The notes under the pieces were generated by a model, which made no database searches, was not told where the DNA came from, and saw nothing but the letters and a program-made list of their open reading frames with translations. A DNA stretch of 64,000 nucleotides from an uncultured Bacilli bacterium (GTDB lineage: Bacteria; Bacillota_I; Bacilli_A; RFN20; CAG-826), in the NCBI GenBank assembly GCA_944363525.1, contig CALVUF010000007.1:29402-93401 (forward strand), given 5' to 3'. Positions within the stretch are counted from its first letter, which is position 1. The number at the start of each line of letters is the position of its first letter. Both the position numbers and the translations under genes were made by a program. This document shows, in pieces, positions 30,838 to 38,927 of this stretch.

Positions 30838-32454
30838 AGTAGTTAAGGTTTCGGTTTGGACTTGGGATTTCTTGTTGCCAAAGGCGAGGCCGAGGAGATG
30901 GAACCGCTTGGTCCCTTTATTGCTTAACGATCGATAGGCGAGACTCTTCTTGGCTCGGTTCACGGCGGCTTGGGCGGCGGCTTTTAGTTGGTTATTGGAT
31001 ACCCTTCCTTTCCGGTATTTTATTTCCAATAGGTATGTTTCCTCTTGGCCTTCTGGGGCGAAGAGGATATCGGCCCATCGGTACCAGCCATACCGTTCAT
31101 ATTCGAGTTGGTAACCCGGTCCTAACGCGATCGATAAAAGAAGGTAGAGGTATTCATAGATATTGTCCCCTTCGAGGTTGAACCGCTTACAGGCTTCCTG
31201 GATCAGCTCTTTCAGTCCCTCTTCGATCCCTTGTCCGGATTGGAAAGCGGGACCAATTGAGATAGCTAAAGGTTCTTCCCCAATAGCTAAAGCGGCCAGT
31301 CTTTGCCTCAACTCGTTATTGGGTATTTGGGCTTGATAAAGGGAAGGGGTAACCTTGTTCCCAAAGGTCAGATACCCGAGGGTGAGCAGATAATAATCGA
31401 AGTCGCCCCGGCCTTGGCTTAGTTCGGGATAATTGATGTACCAACTGTAGCTATCGATGCAGGTTTGGTTTTGAAAAGCCTGGGCAAGGGCAAGGAGGAA
31501 ATTTGGTCGATTTCGGAAACGGTCGAATAACCTTCGTTCCCGTGGGGTGATGGTAACCCTTGGCCCGAGTTTCGAATATTCGATTACCTTTCCTGGATTT
31601 AGGAAGAATTGATCGCGGATTCGGTATCCGCCGGCATAGGAGGTTATTTCCTCTATTTGGCTGTCTTGGCCATGCTGCTTTAGATAGGCTTTGGCTTCTT
31701 CCTTGCTGAAGCCGAGGGCCAAGGAGGGGAGGGCCAGGCAATCAAGGAGCAGGTTATTGATCCCGGAACTGATGGTGGCGTTAAGAACGGGGACGGTCGC
31801 GGTTAAGACGGAAAGGCGCATTTGGCTATTGCCTTTGAGCACCCGGCCGAAGAACCCCATATTGAAGGAGGCGTATTCCTCATAGAAACCACGGAGAAAG
31901 GCGTTTTCAAAGGGAACGTCATAATCGTCGACTAAGAGGATGACGCCATTCTTATGGACTTCCTGCAGATAATCGACGAGGTCGGCTAGGCCGCGTCTTA
32001 CCCTCATCTCATCGATTGGTCCATTCATAAAGCGGTTCCGATTGTTCTGATAATATTCGTTTAGGGCTTCGTCATCGAATATCTCCGGGTGGCGGCGGTA
32101 CTCCTTTTTCAATAGTTCGGCTATTTCGGTTAGCGTCTCTTCTAAGGTCGCTCCTTTGATTGAGCCGAAGTCCAGCTTAATAACCGGAAAGGAGAAAGCG
32201 ATGTCCTTCATCTCTTCGTCCTGCCAAATATCGGTATCGGAGAACAAAGGGGTTTTATCCTCATGGGTCTGTTCGAAAAAGCATTGGAGCATCGAGAGGA
32301 AGGTCGATTTCCCAAAGCCTCGGGGCCGGCTGATGAGGTGGTATTGGCCGATTAAACTGAAGCGATCCAACAAGTAGGTCTTATCGATGAAGTTACCTTT
32401 GGCCTTTAACTCCGCGAAGTCGGAGCTGGGCAAACTATATTCATTTATTTGCAT
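30832..32454 (-). CDS. AAA-ATPase-like + PD-(D/E)XK nuclease protein
   Basis: FIDKT, Walker A SRPRGFGKS, Walker B LLVDDYD, IPNNE, C-terminal ADILF...LLEIK; ATG 32454 is 6 nt from a TATACT box. Confidence 0.85.
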   Translation of the reverse strand: MQINEYSLPSSDFAELKAKGNFIDKTYLLDRFSLIGQYHLISRPRGFGKSTFLSMLQCFFEQTHEDKTPLFSDTDIWQDEEMKDIAFSFPVIKLDFGSIKGATLEETLTEIAELLKKEYRRHPEIFDDEALNEYYQNNRNRFMNGPIDEMRVRRGLADLVDYLQEVHKNGVILLVDDYDVPFENAFLRGFYEEYASFNMGFFGRVLKGNSQMRLSVLTATVPVLNATISSGINNLLLDCLALPSLALGFSKEEAKAYLKQHGQDSQIEEITSYAGGYRIRDQFFLNPGKVIEYSKLGPRVTITPRERRLFDRFRNRPNFLLALAQAFQNQTCIDSYSWYINYPELSQGRGDFDYYLLTLGYLTFGNKVTPSLYQAQIPNNELRQRLAALAIGEEPLAISIGPAFQSGQGIEEGLKELIQEACKRFNLEGDNIYEYLYLLLSIALGPGYQLEYERYGWYRWADILFAPEGQEETYLLEIKYRKGRVSNNQLKAAAQAAVNRAKKSLAYRSLSNKGTKRFHLLGLAFGNKKSQVQTETLTTL

Positions 32455-32713
32455 GAACATAGTATAAGCACAACAAAGAAAGATATGTATAGGGTCAAAG
32501 CATTATGTAGTGAAAATATGTTAACTGCTGATTTAGGTGGTCTTCGATCAAGAGAATAAGCCGACGGGATTGAGAAAGAGCTTAAGCAATGGCCGGTCGC
32601 GATTCTAAAGCGGGGGAGACCAAATTAGTTAGATGGGTGGGCAACCGCCTAAATTACTGCAGCTAACAGAGATAGTATGCTCCCATATAGACAATAGGCG
32701 CGCCTGTAATTTA

Positions 32714-32789
32714 TCGGGATCGAATCCCGAGGATTACCGCAACAAAATGCCTAGGATTACCGCAACGGAAGACCTGGATGTAGCGAAAT
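32714..32789. repeat. Perfect hairpin followed by a GGATTACCGCAAC direct repeat
   Basis: TCGGGAT-CGA-ATCCCGA at 32714-32730; GGATTACCGCAAC at 32731 and 32754; degenerate third unit at 32776. Confidence 0.75.
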
Positions 32790-32813
32790 GATGCTTTGTT
32801 GGATGGGTTTTGG

Positions 32814-34136
32814 CTAATTCAGCAAGCCGGCTAGATAGACCGGGAGATAAAGGACCGATCCTTTCTCCTCGATATTCGCGGTGCTGAGGACGATGGATTG
32901 TTTGATGCCATAGTCCGGACTATCCAATAGATTGCTTAAGGCCACGTGCCGGGCATAGTCCTTGCCGGATTTGACCTCGATTGGGATGGCCTCACCATTA
33001 TGCTCGAGGAGGAAATCAACTTCCCCTCGGGTCTTGTCGTTATAGTAATAGCCGCCCTTACCTTTGTTTAGTTCTTGGGCGACGAAGTTCTCGAAGATGG
33101 CCCCATAGTTGATGCTTTTCTCTTTCTTCAACAGCTTCGTCCGGGTGCCGGTGGAGGAGAGCATATACGAAAGCAAGCCGACGTCATTGGCGAAGAGCTT
33201 AAGCAAGGCCCGGTCATGGTTTCGGGTCAAGGGGATGGTGGGGGTGACGGCGTTATAGATGGGGATGGCGATCTCGGCCTCGTTCAGCCAGTCGACGTAG
33301 TCCCCAAGCCGCCTTTGCCCCGACCTAGATAATGGCAAGGAGTTTAGGTTATAACGCTTGTTCTTCTTATCGATTTCTGAGGCCAAGTTGGCATAACTGC
33401 TGATGATGCCGACTTTGTCTTCGTTGGCTGCATATTTGACGATATCGCTGGAATACCCAGTTACGATGTCATGCTGAATTCCCGATACCGTAGTCAAGGA
33501 ATGATCAGTCACATATGAGGAAACGGCTTCCGGCATGCCTCCGATGACGAGGTATTCGTAAAGGTAATTCAAAAGCAACTGATGGATCGGCTCGTCGATG
33601 GGTTTTCGAGTGGCGATATTCTCTCGGAAGGATTCGAATAAGGAACGGTCAAATCCTTTGGCTAGGCAATATTCCTCAAAATTCAACGGGCCAAGATGAA
33701 ATTCGGTTAAATAGCCAACCGGATAGGAGGCGGTCTTTTGGATAGCCACCCCCAAAGCCGAACCGGAAAGGATATAGGAGTAACGGCCATCGATGGCCAG
33801 GGCTTTGATAAGGGTCAGGATGTCAAAGTCCTGGTAATCCTGAATCTCATCGATGAAGACGAGGGTCTCGCCGGGAAGCAGGGGCGCGTCGGCGCTGGCC
33901 TGCAGCCGTTGGAAAAAGGTTTCTTTTGAATGGCAGCCTTCGAAGATCGCGGCTCGTTCAGGATCGAGGATCCGGTTGTATTCGATGAAGGACTTAAAGC
34001 ATTGCTTGCCGATCTTCTCAATGGTGTGGGTTTTGCCGGTTTGGCGGGCCCCTTTAAGCAAGGCTGGCTTGCATTTATTCCGAGCCCAGGTCCGGAGGTC
34101 GTCTTCGATAAGACGGGTCAATTCTTGGCGTTCCAT
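32814..34136 (-). CDS. AAA_14 ATPase with DUF4143 C-terminal domain
   Basis: GARQTGKT, FIDEIQ, LSGS, GGMPE, GAIFENFV and EVDF...PIEVKS motifs. Confidence 0.9.
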   Translation of the reverse strand: MERQELTRLIEDDLRTWARNKCKPALLKGARQTGKTHTIEKIGKQCFKSFIEYNRILDPERAAIFEGCHSKETFFQRLQASADAPLLPGETLVFIDEIQDYQDFDILTLIKALAIDGRYSYILSGSALGVAIQKTASYPVGYLTEFHLGPLNFEEYCLAKGFDRSLFESFRENIATRKPIDEPIHQLLLNYLYEYLVIGGMPEAVSSYVTDHSLTTVSGIQHDIVTGYSSDIVKYAANEDKVGIISSYANLASEIDKKNKRYNLNSLPLSRSGQRRLGDYVDWLNEAEIAIPIYNAVTPTIPLTRNHDRALLKLFANDVGLLSYMLSSTGTRTKLLKKEKSINYGAIFENFVAQELNKGKGGYYYNDKTRGEVDFLLEHNGEAIPIEVKSGKDYARHVALSNLLDSPDYGIKQSIVLSTANIEEKGSVLYLPVYLAGLLN

Positions 34137-34142
34137 GACCAT

Positions 34143-34224
34143 ATATTACATTCAAAAGTTGGAAAAATGCAAAAATCTGTCACTTTTCCAATTTTAAAAA
34201 TGTCATTTTCGGTCATTTTTCCAA
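34143..34224 (-). promoter_or_regulatory. Promoter with a TTGGAAAA(A/G)TG box array upstream of the AAA_14 gene
   Basis: Two direct boxes 33 bp apart (34179-34191, 34212-34224) plus an inverted box (34159-34169) overlapping TTGCAT-N18-TAATAT. Confidence 0.7.
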
Positions 34225-34236
34225 CTTTGGTTCAAT

Positions 34237-34715
34237 TCAACCGTAGATTTTGATGCCGGTTTTGAATATTTCCTTAGCCAACTCGAAACTGGATAAGACG
34301 CTTTCATCCCGGAGGACGTCGACCCGTTTATGGAGCGTTTGCCGTATCTGTTCCATCAAACCGGTGAGTTCAAATCCTTTTAAGGAAGAGGAGACATAGA
34401 GGTCGACATCGCTGTCGGGCTTGGCATACCCTTTGGCATAGCTGCCGAATAGATAGCAGAAGTTTATTTGGTTGGAGTACTCGTCATTGAATAGCTTGTT
34501 CAAGCGGGTCTGATCTCCTCGATCGTCCAAAGCCCTTTCTCTTCGGTGATCTCGCAATGGTCTTCTAGTTTCCTGATGAAGGCCTCTCTTTTGATCGGAC
34601 TCCCATAATGGTCGTCGGTTTCATAACGGCGATAGGTCCTTAGGGGAATACCAATGGTGGTCGAGGCCGCTTCTTGGGTGAACTGGTACTTGTTCTTAGT
34701 TTCTAATAATGTCAT
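34237..34715 (-). pseudogene. Frameshifted XRE-HTH + minimal nucleotidyltransferase (MNT) fusion
   Basis: ORF 34500-34715 is an HTH (TQEAAS..IGIPLRTYRRYE); ORF 34237-34557 has LFGSYAKG..KPDSDVDL; span is 479 nt and one added base near 34510 gives a 159-aa protein. Confidence 0.8.
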
Positions 34716-34828
34716 TTGTTCTTTTCAAAGTTATAGCAGTTGGCCGCTAGAATTAATAAGGAAAGGACAAATTGGCCTATATCCTTATGGCCATGAGGAC
34801 AAAAAGGTCCTCAACTCGTCCTTCCTTC

Positions 34829-34960
34829 GGAGTGTAGTCAGTGTAGTAACCAGTGTAGTCGCAGTGTAGTTTTCCTACACTCGGACTACACTGGACACTA
34901 GAAAAACCGCTTATCATCGATGTTTTAGATCGTTAAAACTACACTCCATTCATTTGGAAC
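34829..34960. repeat. AGTGTAGT array block, copy 1
   Basis: AGTGTAGT at 34831, 34840, 34852, 34863; inverted units at 34874, 34885, 34938; core GAAAAACCGCTTATCATCGATGTTTT at 34901-34926. Confidence 0.9.
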
Positions 34961-35153
34961 AACGGAATTGATGGGTATTTGGATAGGTCTTAGTTTAGCG
35001 AGACTGCCATGATGGTTTTGGACAATCATTCGCAGTTGGTTTCATCTAGGCTGCTTTTAGGGCGGATTAATTGATTTTCGAAGAGTTTGTCGAAGTTTTC
35101 CACTGAAGGGCAAATCAAATCCCACTTCAGTAAGGCAAAAGCAAATTTATTGT

Positions 35154-35261
35154 GGAGTGTAGTTAGTGTAGTTTTCCTACACTCGGACTACACTCGGCAC
35201 TAGAAAAACCGCTTATTATCGATGTTTTGTGAGGACAAAACTACACTGTCTTTATTGGAAC
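35154..35261. repeat. AGTGTAGT array block, copy 2 (direct repeat of copy 1)
   Basis: Near-identical AGTGTAGTTTTCCTACACTCGGACTACACT...CACTAGAAAAACCGCTTAT.ATCGATGTTTT; two forward units rather than four. Confidence 0.9.
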
Positions 35262-35349
35262 GCTGGTTTCGTTTGCCTTGAAACGAGCGGTGGAATTGTC
35301 AGCGATGGTTTCGCTGCAATAACCAAGGAGCCGTGGATCGGCGCTACAG

Positions 35350-35494
35350 AAGTTGCTCTAATTTGCGCGAAGTTGCTCTAAGTTGCGTTAATTTGGAAAA
35401 AAGTTGCTCTAATTTGCGCTAAGTTGCTCTAAGTTGCGTTAAATTGGCAAAAAGTTGCTCTAAAATTTGCATTAGTTGCTCTAATTTGCTTTAA
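35350..35494 (+). repeat. AGTTGCTCTA 10-bp-period array with a 51-bp higher-order duplication, overlapping a promoter
   Basis: Exact units at 35351, 35371, 35402, 35422, 35453, 35474 with variant units between; TTGCAT-N17-TTTAAT and SD AAGGAGG lead into the gene. Confidence 0.92.
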
Positions 35495-35517
35495 TATAGC
35501 TAAGGAGGACATCCGTT

Positions 35518-36975
35518 ATGGAATCAGCTGACTTAGTTCAATTAGTAAAACATGTCCAAAAAATCCAAACTGAAACGCCTGATATTGAGGTTAAAGCCGC
35601 GAATGTTAATTGTCCAACCCGCCTGTATGACACCTTGTCTTCCTTTTCTAATCAAGACAACGGCGGAGTCATCATTTTCGGTCTTGATGAACAAAAGGGT
35701 TTTGCTGCCGTTGGGGTTTATGATCCAGCGGACCTTCAGAAAAAAGTTACCGGGCAATGCAACGAAATGCAGCCACCTGTGCGCCCGCTTTTTTCCTTCG
35801 CCGAGGTTGACGGGAAAACAATTGTCTCTGTCGAAATACCAGGAGTTGAGTTTTCCGAACGACCCGTTTTCTACCGAGGCGTTGGGCGCAACAAAGGTTC
35901 GTATATACGGGTTGGCGATTCCGATGAACATATGACTGAACTGGAAATCTATTCCTATATCAGCTTCATTAAGCATACTCACGATGATGCCAGATCCGTC
36001 CCTGGCGCTAATTTTTCAATGCTTAATCAACCTTTGTTGGACACTTTCTTGAACAAAGTCAAAATCGATCGTCCAAATTTGAGTAAAAACGTTTCCGATG
36101 ATCAAATTCTCAAGTTATACTCGATTGATGTCGACAACCGACCAAGTTTAGGAGCTTTATTGGCGTTTGGCATTTACCCCCAGTCGCTTTTTCCTCAGCT
36201 TTGTCTTACCGCGGTCGTAGTTCCTGGATTGGATATGGGCGATACCGGTGAATCCGGCGAACGCTTCGTGGATAACGAGAGAATTAACGGTTCGATTGGG
36301 GATATCGTCAAAGAAACGGTAAATTTTGTTGCTCGGAATTGTCGGACCATGACCATCTTCGATGACAAAGGGCAACGTACCGACCGACTCGAATACCCGC
36401 TTACGGCTGTTCGGGAAGCGGTGCTTAATGCCTTGATACATCGTGACTATAGCACTTTCAGCGAGAATATTCCCGTCACCTTGGAAATGTATCGAGACCG
36501 GATTGAAATTCGTAATCCTGGCGGCCTTTTTGGCCGATCGAGCCTCGAAGACCTAGGAACAGCTAGGCCGCTAAGCCGCAACGCTTTATTAATTAATATG
36601 CTTGAGCCGATTTCTATATCCGAAAACCGATATTCAGGCATTCCCACCATCCGGAAAGAGATACAAAATGTCGGTGGTAAGCCACCGGTGTTCATCTCTC
36701 GTAATGGTGAGTTCAAAGTCATAATCTATAGCCCGATGGTTTCCAAGGGGGATGAATCTACTAACGAACTTGAAGATCTGGCTAAGAGCTCTTACGACAT
36801 TCTAGAGTATTGCTCGACGCCTAGAAGCCGCGAGGAATTGATGAAATTCACCCATTTCAGCCGTTATTACTTAATGGAGAAAATTATCAATCCCTTGTTG
36901 GAAGCCGGTCTTTTGGCTATGACTAGGCCGGATACTCCTAAAAGCCGTTATCAGAAATACTACAAGGCCAAATAA
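35518..36975 (+). CDS. AlbA_2/Schlafen-like domain + HATPase_c_4 (RecG C-terminal-like) + wHTH protein
   Basis: E...IEVK, LSSFSN..GG.IIFG.D, EYP..AVREAVLNALIHRDY, IEIRNPGG, RN, and a C-terminal P..P.SR.QKY wHTH tail. Confidence 0.88.
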   Translation: MESADLVQLVKHVQKIQTETPDIEVKAANVNCPTRLYDTLSSFSNQDNGGVIIFGLDEQKGFAAVGVYDPADLQKKVTGQCNEMQPPVRPLFSFAEVDGKTIVSVEIPGVEFSERPVFYRGVGRNKGSYIRVGDSDEHMTELEIYSYISFIKHTHDDARSVPGANFSMLNQPLLDTFLNKVKIDRPNLSKNVSDDQILKLYSIDVDNRPSLGALLAFGIYPQSLFPQLCLTAVVVPGLDMGDTGESGERFVDNERINGSIGDIVKETVNFVARNCRTMTIFDDKGQRTDRLEYPLTAVREAVLNALIHRDYSTFSENIPVTLEMYRDRIEIRNPGGLFGRSSLEDLGTARPLSRNALLINMLEPISISENRYSGIPTIRKEIQNVGGKPPVFISRNGEFKVIIYSPMVSKGDESTNELEDLAKSSYDILEYCSTPRSREELMKFTHFSRYYLMEKIINPLLEAGLLAMTRPDTPKSRYQKYYKAK

Positions 36976-37015
36976 TCAGCCGAACATACGGAACAAATAG
37001 ACAAAAGCCTTAGTT

Positions 37016-37124
37016 AGTTGCTCTAACTTGCCATTAGTTGCGCTAAGTTGCTCTAAGTTGCGTTAATTTGGCAAAAAGTTGCGCTAATCTTGAAAATAGT
37101 TGCTCTAATTTGTTTTAACTTGCC
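37016..37124 (+). repeat. Downstream AGTTGCTCTA array (direct repeat of the upstream array)
   Basis: 37038-37118 matches 35414-35494 at 72 of 81 positions by manual alignment. Confidence 0.92.
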
Positions 37125-37165
37125 TTATTTCTCTGAGCTGACGGTTTGCATATCCACGAAGAAAA

Positions 37166-37187
37166 GCCTTGCCCGTTACGGCAAGGC
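37166..37187 (-). terminator. Hairpin terminator downstream of the lipoprotein gene
   Basis: GCCTTGCC-CGTTAC-GGCAAGGC, followed by TTTT on the minus strand. Confidence 0.7.
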
Positions 37188-37200
37188 CGGATGCAACTAA

Positions 37201-38769
37201 TTACTTAACGTCGTAATTGACCGTCCGGGGCCAATTCGCGGTTACCACATAATCCCCGACGTCGAGGTAGGTGACGGCAGAGTCGAAGGTGGTGTAGGAC
37301 AAGGGGTTGGGGTTGCTGACGGCGATCTGGGCTTCGACTTTCTGGTCGTTCCCGGTATAAACGCCGAAGGCCCCCGGGCCGGCGGTGCTTTCATAGATGA
37401 TGAGAACACCGTCGATCCCAAAGCTATAGGACATGATCGAGTTGGCTTTATAACCGGATCTGGTCTTGGTTTTGATCTCCCCGTCCACGTATTGAATGCC
37501 ATGGAGGAGTCCGTCATCGCCGGTATACATAAGCGAGTTTTCGGTCTTCGAGGGATAGACCCGATCGGCTTCATCTTGATAGATTCTTTGGCCATCGTGG
37601 TCATAGACGGTGAGGTGGAGTCCGTCGGAATAATAGAAGCAATCCATCGCCTTGACGTAGGTGGCGGAGATGGGCAAGACGATTTTGGGGTTCAGCTTGT
37701 CGTCGAAGATGGTATGGGTGAGTTGGTTGTAGAAGTTGCCGGAGGCCATTTCGATCATCGAGCTGAAGATCCTGGACCCGACGCCCCATTCGACGATCTT
37801 CCCATCTTTATCGATGATGACCGATTCCTCGGGACCGAGGGTCCGGTGGTCATTGATTTGCTGGATGGTGGTGATGGCGAGGTTGGGGTTCCCATCGGCG
37901 TCTTTCGCCATCATCTCCTGTTCGCCGATTAGGTAAGGCAATTCGATGGTATCATAATCCCCTTCCAGCATATTCAAGGCATAGGTCTCGAGGACGTACT
38001 TGACTCCGTTTTGGTAATAGGTGTAATCCCCTTCGTCTTCCGGCACGGCGTAGGAACGCTGGGCGAGGATGACCCCGCCGGCGATGAGGGTCGAGTCGGC
38101 GGTTAAGACGAAGGCGGGGATCCTAAAGGAGGAGACGATGTCCCCGCCCTTATCGGCGACCATCCAGAGCCCTTCAGCGTTGTAGATTCGGTAATCGGGC
38201 AAGCCGACGGCCTCCCCATCGGTGAAGCCGCCGAGTGGCTCATCCTCCCTCGCTTTCCCCGAATAGGTCTGGATCGGGGTGGAGGAAGTGTAGGTATATT
38301 CGATTTCGTTATTGGCTTGGTCGAAGATCCGAAGCTGGTTGTCCTCGGTCTCGAAGCTCGGGTTGACTGTCTCCGAATAACGGACCAATTCATTCCCGAA
38401 GCCATCGTAGATGACGGTGCCGTTCACATCGCTGAGGATGAGGAGGAAGCTGCAGAGGGAATGGGGATAGACGGCATAGGAGTCGGGGTCTTCGTTATCG
38501 GCGATCTCCCGCTTGGCCAAGACGGAGAAGAAACGGTAGTTCTCGCCATCTTGATAAACCTCAAGACCCGAGGTTTCATTCAGTTTGACGAAATTGTCAA
38601 ACCATAAGGGCCGGCTGACCGTATTGACCGTCGCGGCTTCATAGGTCACTTGGGGTTCATCGACATTGGCCTTGATGATGGCGGCGAGGTCATCGCTAAA
38701 ACCTAGGGGGTTGTTTGAGCAGGCGACTAAGGCGAGGAGGGGAAGGGTGAGGAGGATCTTTTGCTTCAT
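37201..38769 (-). CDS. Hypothetical lipoprotein (beta-rich)
   Basis: MKQKILLTLPLLALVAC signal peptide II; SD-like GAGG upstream; 522-aa ORF. Confidence 0.8.
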   Translation of the reverse strand: MKQKILLTLPLLALVACSNNPLGFSDDLAAIIKANVDEPQVTYEAATVNTVSRPLWFDNFVKLNETSGLEVYQDGENYRFFSVLAKREIADNEDPDSYAVYPHSLCSFLLILSDVNGTVIYDGFGNELVRYSETVNPSFETEDNQLRIFDQANNEIEYTYTSSTPIQTYSGKAREDEPLGGFTDGEAVGLPDYRIYNAEGLWMVADKGGDIVSSFRIPAFVLTADSTLIAGGVILAQRSYAVPEDEGDYTYYQNGVKYVLETYALNMLEGDYDTIELPYLIGEQEMMAKDADGNPNLAITTIQQINDHRTLGPEESVIIDKDGKIVEWGVGSRIFSSMIEMASGNFYNQLTHTIFDDKLNPKIVLPISATYVKAMDCFYYSDGLHLTVYDHDGQRIYQDEADRVYPSKTENSLMYTGDDGLLHGIQYVDGEIKTKTRSGYKANSIMSYSFGIDGVLIIYESTAGPGAFGVYTGNDQKVEAQIAVSNPNPLSYTTFDSAVTYLDVGDYVVTANWPRTVNYDVK

Positions 38770-38927
38770 AATGGTTGCCTCTATTGGGGGTTAAGCCCCG
38801 GTTTAAAGATATTGTAACCGAAGCAAGGGTTATCCTCTATTGCCGGTTTCGCTTGCAATACGCCGATTATCCCCCATAATGAGCCGCTGCTTTATAAGCA
38901 GCCCCCTTGTGGAGTATGATTCCGTCG

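Noticed and set aside
34654-34869. ORF ending in SVVSVVTSVVAV
   Set aside because: The peptide repeat is only the translation of the AGTGTAGT DNA array, and the ORF overlaps the HTH-MNT gene antisense
35350-35494. CRISPR or plasmid-iteron origin interpretation of the AGTTGCTCTA array
   Set aside because: No unique spacers and no rep gene; the array overlaps a promoter and is repeated after the gene
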